A DNA stretch of 64,000 nucleotides. It comes from Hemiscyllium ocellatum. Taxonomy: Eukaryota. Positions 24,309 to 36,762 of the stretch are shown here, piece after piece (the first letter of the stretch is position 1; every line of letters begins with the position of its first letter). Made by a program: the position numbers and the translations under genes. The stretch is taken from NCBI RefSeq assembly GCF_020745735.1, contig NC_083407.1, forward strand, positions 111,292,748-111,356,747, read 5' to 3'. The notes under the pieces were generated by a model. The model did no database searches. It had not been told where the DNA came from and saw only the letters and a list, made by a program, of their open reading frames with translations.

Positions 24309-27136
24309 GTCATTTAAATGAGTGGACCACAGTCAGTCTGTTGGGTTATTCCATAGGAATTAAGGGGATATGGAATATAAGGGAGGGGTGGCAAGGGGTG
24401 GGGTGTCAGCCATGGGAAAGAAACTTGGGAACCTGTTCGTTGGGATTGGAGACAGCAAGCTGAGAGGATGACCAATATGAAATAGGGTAACAGTATCTGC
24501 AAGTGGGGGGGGTGTGAAAAGCTTTGGATGGGAAAGGGGAAGGGGTCATGTGGAAGGGAGCTTCATCCAAGGTCAAGAACCCCCTGGCTTCAAGAGGGGA
24601 CCATTGCAGGACCATTGTTGGAATGGTCATCTCAGATGACTGGCACTGGGGAGGCAAGATAGGCTGGTGCAGGTGGGTTTGGTAGGGACCTGGTGAGGTG
24701 TGAAACCTATGGGGCTTACTGGAAGAGCTGCCTGGAAGGGAATATATATGTGGACGTGAGAAGCCACTGACGAAAGCGCGCTCACTGCTGCCTTGCAGGG
24801 TGCTGGTAATCATAAGGTGCACAGTGATAAAGAAAGTGACTGCAACCACTCTCAGCAGGAATGTCTTGGCCTGTGAGGGAGGAGGCTGCAAGATTCATCC
24901 ATGCAAGGACCTTTATAGGAAGCAATATTACATGTAGACACAGCCTTTACACAGACCTACAGGATTCCAAATCCCAGGCTACCTTAATGCCTGTTTGTTG
25001 TGAACTTTCTTGCTCTAGACATCACTACCAACCTTATTCACAACAAAACCTTTGGACACATAGGCAAGGGAGAGTCTGCTGCTGTCAAACAAGGGATAAT
25101 GGTGTCAGCAGGACCTGTTGCCCTGTACATGCCTTATTCCTCTAGCTTCCAGATGCTGCAGCAGGCGCTCAACACAGACATTGACCCATGGTGCATACCA
25201 CATGGCTATGACATTATGCATCATGCTGACACAGTTACATCCAGGTCTTCAGGGAAATGAAAAGGTGGAAGAGTCACTTTTGTGCACATATGATACTTAG
25301 GATGTAGGGGCACTGTCACCTGCACCACCAACATGCCCTCAGTGCATCTTTTCCTTCCTTCCCCACCTACTAAGTCTTACCATAGTTCCTGGTTCAGCAG
25401 CTGGGTTGAAGAAAGCCTGCTGCGCTGTGGAGACTATTGGAGGTTTGTTCAGGCAACCCCAGAGATGCTTGTGTCTGGAAGTCCCAAGCATGCTGAAGGT
25501 CGCCCTCTTAGAGGCAAGTGAACACTCCTCAGCATGAGTGGAGTCAGCAAGGGCAGGCAAGGTGGAGGTGGAGGGCCCAACTAGGCCTGGACTGTCCTGA
25601 GAGGAAAATTCTGAATGGACCTGTTTATGACTCTTCCACCATCTGGTACCTCCTGGCACTGCCCTGACTCCTTGTGAGGAGGGTTACCTGTGATGTGCCC
25701 GAGGTTCCCGATCCCCCTCTTCACCATGTCTTCACCCCTGAAGACCAATGGCTGGGTTGATGGAGTGTAAACCTCTCCAGCTCACCCTGGGGGATGCTGG
25801 GCGTGGCTCTCTGTAGCAGCCAACAACACGTCCATGGAGGCAGGCAGACGGTCGATGGGTACACTGCATTATGCAGCTTCTGGGCAAGGAAAACCATGGA
25901 GTCCCACATCCCTGTGTGCTGCTCCTGTTCCTCCCTCTGTATGTGTATGTGTGTGAGTGAATGCTGAGTGCCAAAAGCACAGAGTCCTCTTCGGCCTGGG
26001 GCAGAGCAAAGGCCTCAGAGTGACAGTGGCCTGGGGCCTTTCTTCCTCAGGCAGCCGCAGAGCAGTTGCTGTGATCTTTTAAAAGATTGGGTTCTACGCT
26101 TTCTGAGTCATGTTCCCATCAAGGTGTTACTATCCAAACTGAGGGAAACTGCAGGAGGCAGCCTTGCTGATGTCTCCCACTGATGTCTCCGTACACTGGT
26201 CTTAGGAGATTGTGTCTGGAGGAACTGGGTGTTACACAGTGGTGCACATAGAAGTACTGGCTGTACCAGCAAGACAAAAGAGAGGGGTGTCACTGCCCGT
26301 GGTTTACAATGAATGACCCTGTCGGTAGGGCTATCGAAGAGGTGTAGAACGAATGTTGTACTTGGTTGATGTGACATTGATGTCTCTGTGTCACCATCAG
26401 AGCAGTCCCAGCCTTTCCCAGCAGGAGCCAGGATTCTTACCTTGCTTTGAGCAAGGAGCTTAATATCAGGTAGCCATCCCACCCGCATAGAGTCATACAG
26501 CACGGAAACAGACCCTCCAGCCCAACCCACTCTATTCAATTATGGGCTATCGTCTCTTGTAATGAGAGAAAGGGAGGGATTGAGGGGGAGGACTATGGGT
26601 GGCGTAGTTATTACCGATGGTGTGGGTGGGCAGAAAGTGGTGAGGTGTTCCAATGTCATGAGAAGGAAATGCAGAGGCCACATAGAGTTAGTGGTGTGGG
26701 AGGTTATTGGGGTGGGGTGGGTTGGTAAGAGCAGGTAGAGAAGATGTTGCAGGCAGAGGGTGAGAGTGGCAGAGCACGAGCCTTTGTGGAAGGTGGGTGC
26801 AGTAGCGGAGACAGAACGCATGCAAAGTGGCAGATAGAAGAGTGTGGCCCTCAGCCTGGCACTGTGGGGAAGATCATTCACCTTATTTCTGCTTTGCTGG
26901 CCTGTTATTCTGCACCCTGGATGCAGCACAGACCTGGGGTGGCAAGTTTGGACCAAGCTGCAGTGCCTGGTGGCACAGCTTCCTCTGGCTCTCCCTTGCA
27001 TCAATCCATCGAGTAAAACCTCTAGGTCCCTGCTGGAGAGTCCTGGTGCCATCATCCCCTTCTCCGACATGTTCAGACTTCATCCTGGATCGTTCAGAGC
27101 AATCTCGGAATGCCAGGGCATGACCGACAGCCGGGA

Positions 27137-27470
27137 ATCATAGAATCCCTATGGCATGGAAAATGCCATTTGGCCCAACAAGTCCACATCGTCCCTCAGA
27201 CCCATTCCCCTGCCCTATTATTCTACACTTACCCCTGACTAATGCACTTAACCTACACATCCCTGTATACTGTGGGCAAGTTAGCATGGCCAATTCACCC
27301 AACCAGCCCATCTTTGGACTGTGGGAGGAAACCAGAGCACCCGGAGGAAATCCATGCCACAGGGAGAATGTGCACACTCCACACAGACAGTCACCCGAGG
27401 CTGGAATCCCACCTGGGTCTCTGGCGCTGTGAGGTAACAGTGCTAACCCACTGGGCCACTGTGCTGCCCA
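27137..27470 (-). mobile_element. HE1-related SINE
   Basis: Head and body homologous to HE1. Confidence 0.85.
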
Positions 27471-27711
27471 CTGTCTTTCCAGTGAGTGGCGAGTTGTTCT
27501 GGGAACGTGAGTGGTGCCAGTGGAATAAATAGTTAGTGAGGAAGGTTTGGTAAGATTCAGCTGGGCCTCTCAGCAAGACTCCCTCTGTAAAGCTCAAAGA
27601 AATGTACATGCAGCCAAAGTAAGTAAGACCTGACTGTGTGAGAGCGCTCAATAGACTTTAGTGGGGTCACAGTCATAGTAGCACTGGGAAAGAGTTACTG
27701 AGTGTGAAAAG

Positions 27712-27890
27712 GTGAAGTTATCATAATTCCAGAGGGCCAGAGGCTGCTTGGTGAGTTTAATCTGAGGGTCACCACCCCTTAGGCGAGGGGAGAGGTTGAG
27801 AAAGAGGAGCCTTCATGGTAATGTCACCAGGAATGGAAATTGAACCTTCACTGTTGGCATCACAAAGCAGTCTTCCAGCCAAACCAGCAT
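27712..27890 (-). mobile_element. Old tRNA-derived SINE (same family as 11454-11648)
   Basis: GTTTAATCTGAGGGTCACC motif. Confidence 0.55.
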
Positions 27891-29293
27891 ATTGACAGTA
27901 TGAGGGAATTGCTTTGACTCTAGTAGAGATACAATTATAAAATGGAGTGGGTCAATCCTCAAGTCTTCGAAACTACGTGTATTTATAGAGTTCCTTCACA
28001 TTACGCAACTGTCCAGCAATGGCATTTACACGCATCTCTAAACCAGTAAAATTTCCTAAGTGACTTCATAGGAGAATTATCAAAGAAAATTTGATACCAA
28101 ACCATATAGGGAGGAATTCAAGTTGATGATAAAAAGCTTGATCAAAGAGGTCAGTTCAAGAGGAGTTTTAAAAGAATGAAGAGAAGAAAACTGGTAAGAT
28201 TTGGCAAGGGAATTTCATTACTGAGGCCCCTGACAAAATGGCCCCCAAAGATGGAGTGAATGGACTGAAGGCCAGAATTGGAGGAACACAGAGGTCGTAG
28301 AAAGTTGTGGAGCCTGAAAGGATTTCAGGACTAGGGAGAGGTGAGACCCATGGAAAGATTTGAAAAGCAGTTGAGACCTTTAAAACAGAGGCAGGGTTTG
28401 GCCAGAGTCTCTGTAGGGCGTGGGAGCAGTGCTTTGGAAGGTCTCACATTTATGGGCAGTCAAGTTAGGCTGGCACGGACTGGGTTTCAGGCATCAAGGG
28501 TAGAGGTGACAAAAGACACAGATGAAGGTTCCAGTTAACAGATGAGCTGAGTTACCAATAGACACTTACAGTAGCATGATCAGGAGGTCATCTCCAGGTT
28601 AAGTGTCACAGAAAGCTCTGAGCACCCTCGGACAATTGCCAGGAGGAGGAAAAGGAGTCCAGCGTTTCCAACTTTCCAAAGAAAGTTCTGCGTATCCCAT
28701 GTCATTTAAAAACCATTGCAGTGAGGGACACTTGGGCATTGTATTCTGTTTGAGAAAACACAGTACTCATTTTTGAGGGATGTCATACAGAGGCAAAATG
28801 TAGGTGAAAAATGGGAGGGAGACTGCAGGGCGGGTCATCAAGTCAACTCTACTCCTCCCCATCCACCAGCCAAGGTAACATCTAGAAGTAGAAAAGGAAA
28901 CTGTTGCATTTGGTTCTCAGATTACAACTGGATTGAGACTTCACAAAGAGCCATTTTGACACACTGTTGGAGCAAATTCAGTTTGAGATGGTTACAAGTT
29001 CTGGAGGTGACAAAATGTTCCTTCAGGGAGGACTTATTTGACGCCCCACCCTGTACCCTCCCTCCTATTTCTCATCTACATTTTGTCCCTCTGCAACATC
29101 CTTCAAAAAAAGAGACTTTTGCACACAGAATGCAACACCTGTTTGCACCTCACTGTTGTTAAATGATAAGTTTGCTGTTTGACATCTGCTGATCAGAATT
29201 TTCTTTGGTAAATTGGAAATATTAAAAGTCAGTTAGGAAAAGGAAATATTAGGAATTAAAAGGAAACATTAGAACTCAATATTAAAATATTGA

Positions 29294-29592
29294 GCGACAT
29301 GGTGGCTCAGTGGTTAGCACTGCTGCCTCACAGTGCCAGGGACCCAGGTTCGATTCCAGCCTCAGGCGACTGTCTGTGTGGAGTTCCTCTGGGTGCTCCG
29401 GTTTCCTCCCACAGTCCATCCCACAGTCCAAAAATGTGCAGGTTTGGTGAATTGGCCATGCTAAATTGTCCATAGTGTTAGACTGCATTAGTCTGAGGGA
29501 AATGGGTCTGGGTGGGTTACTCGTTGGAAGGTCAGTGTGGACTTGTTGGGCCAAAGGGCCTGTTTCCACACTGTAGGGAATCTAATCTAATC
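29294..29592 (+). mobile_element. HE1 SINE
   Basis: Head, body and TCTAA tail. Confidence 0.9.
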
Positions 29593-31879
29593 TTAAAAAG
29601 TCCATCGCCTTTGTTGTGCACTGCAGAACCCAATTGCTAGAAAGGGAGGTTCGGATGGAGCAACAGTTCGCAAAAATGACGGTACCAAAGGTTAGTGTTT
29701 TTGAGGAAGGGTGTGATGAGAACAGATATGAAAGTGAGAAGGACATTCACTTAAGAGAGAGTGAGCTGTTAACAGGATCAGTTGTTGTCTGGGAAATGGG
29801 AAGGAGGGGTCAGCAGTCAGAATGAGATCTTGGGCACAAAGTGGGTCCTCAGGAACCTTGAGAGCTCCTCACACTTGGCATTGATGAGGGTGGAGGAAAT
29901 CATAAGGCACTATGTAAATGAAAGTTACTTTTTTTCTGGACCGAGATGTTTTATATTGTCTAGCATTCAGTGGAATGAATGGCCCAGAGAATGTGGTACC
30001 TGGGTATGAGTGCATTAAATAGTCCTGCATGAACTTCACCAGTCAAAATAGCGAACTCCCACACCGAGTGCAAGCTGGTGCAACACTCTGCCGACCTGAT
30101 CGGTGTTTCTGCTGAGTCCCTGGGACCAGCCTCTACCTTCTGCACATTTCAAGTTTGAAAAGAGAAAACTGGGAAAAGGAAAGGGATGCTGATCTATCCG
30201 TGACATCATTTCCTCATGGCTGCCCTTTGGCCCAGTTTAAGTTGCTGTTGTGTTCGAGCCTGCTGATGGTGGTCAGGAGATGGAAATGGCTCCACACATA
30301 GTTTGCCCCCATTATCGAATGGGCACTATCACAGTGCTGCTGGGCTGTGTCTTATTGGCAGCAGTTCCCACACAGCCTGAAATCCTCTGTCTTTAGCATT
30401 TCACAAATGTAATCATTGTCAAACTGAGCCTCTTATATTGAAGGGGCACGTCTTCACCACAGAGGGTACAAGCCAATTATCCTTGCAGATTGGCAGGATG
30501 ATAATTACAGTATTCCAAAGACATGGTTTCCACTGTATTCGGATGTAGTTGAGTGTCTAATTTCCTACCATATTTTAATGTGCATTTTAATCAGGTCAGG
30601 GACTACGAGGGGTGATGTGACATTCCCATGTTTAAAACTTACTCAAGCCGTCTCTTTTAATTATGTTGTATTTTATTTTACATTTTGTTAAAAATCTTGC
30701 GCCGATCTCCTGTCCCCTGCACTTCTCCTGCTCCCTTTGACCTGACTGTGCTGGTAGGTTATTTAATGTTACCATCATCCTGTCTGAAAGAAAGAGAGTA
30801 TTGTGGTTATACAGTGCCTTTCATGATCTCAGGACATCCCAAGGTATTTTATAGGGCAATTAAGTATTGTCATTATTACACACAGCAGCTAGGAAGCACA
30901 CAGTAACATCCTGTAAACAGTAATGTTTTACAAGCTATTCAGTTACAGGGATGTCATTCAAGGTATAACATTAACCGAGCCATCGGTTAGCAGTATTTCT
31001 GTTCTTTCATGTTTTGCCACAAGGTTTTTTAAGTACAACTTAAAGAGTTGAATGCTTTATCCAAAAGACAATATGGCATCCCTCATTACTATACTGAACT
31101 GTCAGTCTAGATCTCGTGGTTTAGTCTCTGAGGTGGGACTTGGACCCGAAGCTCCTGGAACACCATTACAGCCATTCAGTTCTGAGCATTCCTTTCCCAG
31201 GAAATCAAAATCCCCGGACTTCCTCCTTCCCTCAGTGTTTTTCTTCAATTCTCTCACGTGGCATGGATTTTGCTGACTGACTGGGCCAGCATTTATTGCC
31301 CATCCCTAATTGTCCTGGAGAAGGTGGTGGTGAGCTGCCTTCTTAAACCACTGCAGTCCTTAATGTATAAGGACACACACGGTGCTGATAGGGAGAGAGA
31401 GAGAGTTCCGTGCTGTTGATGCAGCGACACCGAAGGAATGAAACATTTCCAAGAGAGTAGATCTGGTGCCCTAGTCGTTCTCCTAGGTAGAAGTCATGGG
31501 TTTAGAATGTACAGTCGAAGCAGTGAGTTGCTGCAGTATATCTTGTTGGTGGTACACACTGTCCTACTGTGCGTGGAGGGAGTACATAAATCCTAAAATA
31601 GCAATCAGATAAATTCTTACTTGTTTTACTTTAGTGATGTTGAGGTAAACATTGAGCAGACCACTTGGAAAACCCATTTGTCCTTCTGAAAATAGTTCAT
31701 TTGGATCCTTTTCACTCAGAACAGATAAGTCCTCAGTTTAACATCTCATCCAGAAAACAATACCTGCAAAGTTGCAGCCCTCATTTGATTTTTGCCAGTA
31801 AAAGGATGTGTGCATGCTGGTATGTGTGGGCTGAATGGCTCTTTAGAAAGGGATTTTAAGCTGCCTCCTTCAACTACTG

Positions 31880-32225
31880 CAGTCTGTGCAGTGTAAGTAT
31901 ACTCTCACTCTCAGCCTGATATAATTGAGTGGCCTGCTGGGCCATTTCAGAGGCCTGTTAAGAGGCAATTATATTGCTGTGGCTCTGGAGTGACACTGAG
32001 GCCAGGTCAGGTAAGGATGACAGATTTGTTTCCCAATGGACATTAGTGAACCCGAGAGGTTTGTTGAAAATCTGGCATTTGCATGGTCCCCGTTATTAAG
32101 ACTAGCTTTTTAATTCCAGATTTATGAATTAATTGAATTTAAATTCCCCCATTTGCCATTGTGAGATTTGAACCTGAGCATTAGCCAGGGCCTTTGGATT
32201 ATTAGCCCAATAATATTGCCACTGT
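31880..32225 (-). mobile_element. SINE homologous to the 5' leader of the 21575-24308 LINE
   Basis: Shared TCACTAATGTC..GGGAA..AAATCTG.CATCCT.ACCTG.CTGGCCT..GTG..ACTCCAGA block. Confidence 0.7.
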
Positions 32226-32387
32226 TCTACATTCTTCAGGATGGTTCCAACTTGTCAGTCTGGAATATAGTTTGAAGCAGTTATAATGGGACTTGAATTC
32301 TCAATTTTCCAACTGAGAGGGGGGGAATGCCACTTTCAAGTGATTATTGACACCTCATAATGAAGAAATATAAGACTGGTGAAGATT

Positions 32388-32721
32388 GGGTGGCACAGTG
32401 GCTCAGTGGTTAGCACTGCTGTCTCACAGTGCCAGGGATCTGGGTTCAATTCCAGCCTCAGGCAACTGTCTGTGTGAAGTTTGCACATTCTCCTTGTGTC
32501 TGCGTGGCTTTCCTCTGGGTGCTCCAGTTTCCTTCCACAGTCCAAAGATGTGCAGGTTAGGTGAATTGGCCAAGCTAAATTGTCCATACTCTTCAGGGAT
32601 GTGTAGGTTAGGTGCATTAGTCAGGGATAAATATAGAGTAACGAGTAATGGGTGGGAGACTCTTCGGAGGGTTGGTTTGGACCTGTTGGGCCGAAGGGCC
32701 TATTTCCACACTGTAGGGATT
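32388..32721 (+). mobile_element. HE1 SINE
   Basis: Head and body. Confidence 0.88.
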
Positions 32722-33184
32722 TTGGGATGAACTACGTTTGCTACTTTGGACTATAAAGGTACAGCGTAGATGAGTATTCGCTGGGCTTAAGGAGCAAGTG
32801 AGACAGTAATAGAACAAGGTGGAGCATTTGGTGGGTTCTGAATAGAAATTCAGCTAGGGAGGCTTTGGAAAATGTCGGGTGAGGAGTATGTGCATTAGTG
32901 TTCAATCATTATGAGTCCACACCACTACAATACCAAAGGCTGATCAATTAATAAGCTGTAATATCATTCCACATCATACTCATCTGCATTATTCATTCCA
33001 TATCTGTCTCCACTTCAGTGGTGCAATGCTAGTTAATATTTGTATCCATATTATTCCAGTTCCTTTCTATACTAATTCATATTATCACCCTGACCATTCC
33101 AGCACCAGCATATTAAGAAAATAGCAATCTGTTCTAAACACAACTCATTGGAGTCATGAGCAACAGCCAATAAAGAACCAATGT

Positions 33185-33745
33185 AGAATCTTAGAATGGT
33201 TATGGGGACACAAGGAGGTCATTCAGACTGTCGTCTATGTGAGCTCTCTCTCGGAACTATTTTTCCTGTCCCATTCCCCTGCAGCCCTACAAACTGTTTC
33301 TGTTGGGATAAATGTGGATTTCTGAAGGGAAACCTTGCTGCATTGGATCAGACTATCCAGCACATCCTCCCTCAGGAATCTTGACCTGCCTCTATTCTGT
33401 GATATGTTAGTTAATGCTTGGTAGTAGTATTCTTCCCTCTAACTCAGGAAGTTGAGAGTTTAAATCCCAGTGCACTCTTAGGCAATGCATTCCAGATTTT
33501 AACTCCTTATTCTGTATGAAGGCTTTTCCTCGTGTCATGTCATGTCAGGTCTAGTCCTTCTGCCAGCTGCCTTAAGTTGGTGTTCTATGGCTCTCGATCT
33601 GCCCGTCATTGAGAACGATTTCTCCCTTTCCACCAGATTTTCCACGATGTTGAAAACCTCGATCAAATCTGCTCTCAACCTGCTCTTCCCAAAGGAGAAC
33701 AGCCCCAGCTTCTCCAGTCTAGCCACGTAAGGATGAGGATTTCCC
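33185..33745 (-). mobile_element. CR1 3' fragment
   Basis: ORF 33535-33747(-) contains RLEKLGLFSFGKSRLRADLIEVFNI. Confidence 0.75.
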
Positions 33746-34752
33746 AAATTATATCATTATCCATTACCTAGAGGATTAGATGCGTAAGCAGCTGAAGCAT
33801 TTTAAACTTATGTTCATTTAGCGTATCGGGTGAATCGTTTGCATAACCATCAGAATTGTGCTGCATTTTAGAGAGAGTATTAGAGCCAGAACTCTACTGA
33901 ATTTGGAATCTTGCCAGATGCACTGCACCTCTCCGTTGACGTGCTGTTTGCTGTCAGGATTTCCACTCAAAAGGTAGCTCTCATTTGGCCTTTGGTGAAG
34001 CAGACAGCATCAGTTCACTGAAGCTCCTTCACGAGCTAGTGAAAGACTGAAGTTAAAGGAGAGAGAGGGGTTCCAGGTCTGTAATTTAGACCATGTGAAA
34101 TCTCAAAAACAGTGAAAAGCTTCCTGCCGTGCTCATCCACTAAATATTCTAAAGGTGGTTCTCAGCACTGTAGCAGCAAACTGGTGCATCCTATGCCTGA
34201 CCTGAGTTGACTTAATTGGGGAATGATAGGTTGTTAAAATAGTTTACAGAATGATAATGTCACCTGATCACTCTCGAACCACCCCCACCCCAAACCCATG
34301 GAAATGTAGTTGTGTTGATCTTTAACTTGGCTGTGAAAACCCAATGGTTAACAAACCCTTGATTCACTGGAGGGGCTCACATTCCCAGAATCAACTCCCA
34401 GCAACATTCATGGATAAAGAGAGGGAAAGTGAAGTCATTAGAACAAAAAGTGATCATTTTCTAATGGAAAAATATTCACACTAATGAGCAAAGCAGTGCA
34501 TTAATCAGTGCCACAAGCCATGGGGCTCTGATAGTGAATGTGGTTGGGAGCAAACTCATTTTACACTTGACCATAAACTATACAGTTTAATGCAATTGCT
34601 GCATAAAAAAGGAACTGCCTTGATATCTGAGAGGTTGAAAGCAACAGATGGTGCATCACTGGCTCAAACAGATTAAAAAGGTCGAGGATCAATGCTTGAG
34701 TCTCTTTTGAATCTGCATGTATCACCTGAGTGTGTTTGAAAGCAATACAGTC

Positions 34753-34753
<1 letters not shown>

Positions 34754-34831
<78 letters not shown>

Positions 34832-34840
34832 GTGCGCGCG
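34754..34840. repeat. (GT)n/(GC)n compound microsatellite
   Basis: About 30 uninterrupted GT units followed by GC and GT blocks. Confidence 0.97.
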
Positions 34841-34969
34841 CTAATGTGTATGTACACAAGTATTCATGAGTATGTGTCATGTTTGTGTGCATATGTATGG
34901 TACATGCAAACACAAGTTTTACTGTACCCATTTTTATGGCTGCAATGTATCTGGCATGTGTGAGTACAT

Positions 34970-35092
34970 GCATGGCTTTATGTTTCCTTATGTGACTGTG
35001 CAATGGGTTTATATGTTTCCTTGTGTGAGTGTGCAATGGGTTTATATGTTTCCTTGTGTGAGTGTGCAATGGGTTTATATATTTCCATGTGT
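34970..35092. repeat. 33-bp minisatellite, ~3.5 copies
   Basis: ATGGGTTTATATGTTTCCTTGTGTGAGTGTGCA repeated. Confidence 0.85.
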
Positions 35093-35409
35093 GGCTGTAC
35101 TGATGTTTGTACATGTTGGAAGCTGACAGCATTTGACTTAGGTGAGGTTGCCTTCTCACTGACTCCATTCAAACCTGAAGAGTGGCCAGTGATCAAGACA
35201 AGTTGGGGTGTTGCTGCCTGTTGTGGAACCATACCACAGCAGCAGAAAAGGGATAGAGAGAAAAGTTTTGGAAGAAAAATCTCAATGAGAAATTGATTCA
35301 CAGTCACTTATTAGTCGAACATGAGAACTGGTGAATCTGAGTCTGAGCACATAGAATGAATATTAACAGCAGTCAACCGCTGAGCAGTGAAATTGCTGTA
35401 ACTGAAAGA

Positions 35410-35567
35410 GCATGCTGTTCATTTCATTAACTTAGTGCATGAAATTTCATAACCTTTGTTCCATTTTGCAGATTCATTGCATTTTTTTTCTTTCTTTAAT
35501 GTTCATTGCATCCATTTTGTCATTCATGTAGCCACTCATGTAATCATCATTCCATTCTTCCCACCAG
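35410..35567 (+). promoter_or_regulatory. Intronic splicing-regulatory cluster (YCAY repeats, RBFOX motifs) and 3' splice site of the CYT-1 exon
   Basis: About 15 YCAY tetramers in 35419-35564, TGCATG at 35436-35441 and GCATG at 35410-35414, all directly upstream of the acceptor AG at 35566-35567. Confidence 0.65.
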
Positions 35568-35615
35568 AGCCAAACAGGACACAGCCCTCCTCCTGCCTAC
35601 ACACCCATGTCAGGC
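35568..35615 (+). CDS. ERBB4: ERBB4 CYT-1 cassette exon (16 aa, exon 26 equivalent)
   Basis: Sequence reads ttccattcttcccaccAG|AGC CAA ACA GGA CAC AGC CCT CCT CCT GCC TAC ACA CCC ATG TCA GGC|GTAAGT. This is a 48-nt phase-0 exon encoding SQTGHSPPPAYTPMSG; the mammalian ERBB4 CYT-1 insert is SEIGHSPPPAYTPMSG. The PPxY and YxxM motifs are intact and the splice sites are canonical. Confidence 0.92.
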
Positions 35616-36762
35616 GTAAGTATTGAACATCCTGTACCAGATAAACTCAACTTAATAAGAGGTGTTCGTCGAAACCATTCAGAATCAGTAAGAGTTGCTC
35701 TTTCTTTATTATTTGGAGGAATAGATGAATGAACAGATGAGTCCGTTGCACTGGGAGCTGCTTCACAGAGACACGTCAACCCAGAGGCAAAACCAGCTAT
35801 CTTAAAAAACAATAGGGCATTCTTGGAAAATGAATGTGCTCGTCATTCTAGACCTCCATTTTGAAATATGCAAGATGTTTTGGACCAGCGTGTCTCACTT
35901 AATTTTACTGGTTCTTCCTTCATGGATCTAGGCTCATGTTGAGATTGTCCTCATGCCTGTAGACTGACCATGTAAGAAGGCTAGTGGGGACAAAGCAAAT
36001 TACAATGAGGCAAAAAACAATCCAAGCAGCAGCTCAACCTTTGTCATTGTCACAGAGGTCCAGACATCGGGTGCAAAGGTTTACTTAAAGAAGACCTAGC
36101 CTCCGGCTCCAACACTGAAATGGGGTTGGGTGCCGAAGCAGCGCTGAAGGAGAAGGGAATAGATCTAGAACTGGTTCTGTAAAGTTATGGAATAGCGAAG
36201 AAATATCCTCACAATTATCTCAAACTGGTGGAGTTTATATCATCAAATTTCATGGCAGTGCATTTTCACTTCATTTAGTTCTGAAAATAGGTGAAAATAA
36301 CTTGGAAACTGAAATTTTGCATCTCACACCATTGTTTCCTCATTTGCTTGCATAATCCTTTGATGGAATGAAATATAGACAGTACATTGATACCAGCAGG
36401 AGTGAACAGTACTTCATGTGCTGGCTAATACTATACAGCAGGCTACAAATGGGACAGGACTGTACAGCATTCTGCTGTATAAGACTATAGCGAAGTGCTG
36501 TCCAACAAGAGGGTTTTAGTGTTGCTCAGTGCAGTGCAGTGTATGTAACCTACTTGTATCTCTTCTGTGGGTGTTCAATGGGACACTTCTTTTGGGGTTG
36601 GGGGAGGACAATAGGGTGTGTCTCTCCTCTGCAGCCCCTGCCACATGTTGATTATCAACCTGCAAATATGCTGTAACACAACAGCCTCCCCATGTTGATA
36701 GAGTCCTTCTTCAGGTTCTTACCATTATTTACACTCTAAGGCAAGCAGCTTCCTCAGTTTAA

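Larger units (their letters stand above)
19886..27660 (-). mobile_element. Decayed PIF/Harbinger DNA transposon, interrupted by LINE, SINE and LTR insertions
   Basis: ORF 26540-27070(-) (APGLSSRDLEVLLDGL..GQQSRNKVNDL..SAR) resembles the Harbinger Myb/SANT-like protein. ~20900-20930(-) gives a CFRCI..SG remnant of the HARBI-type RFRCL..SG motif. CTTACCAAAC (~19987) and GTTTGGTAAG (~27545) are inverted subterminal motifs. Ends approximate. Confidence 0.55.

Noticed and set aside
30070-30120. QHSADLIGV, resembling ERBB4 QRYSADPTV
   Set aside because: Weak match, on the wrong side of the CYT-1 exon, with no supporting splice sites or flanking similarity.
34561-35307. His/Thr- and Cys/Val-repeat ORFs
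   Set aside because: Translations of the GT microsatellite and the 33-bp minisatellite.
36056-36182. Possible exon after TTGTCACAG
   Set aside because: The frames in phase with the CYT-1 exon stop within 11-14 codons, and there is no ERBB4 similarity.
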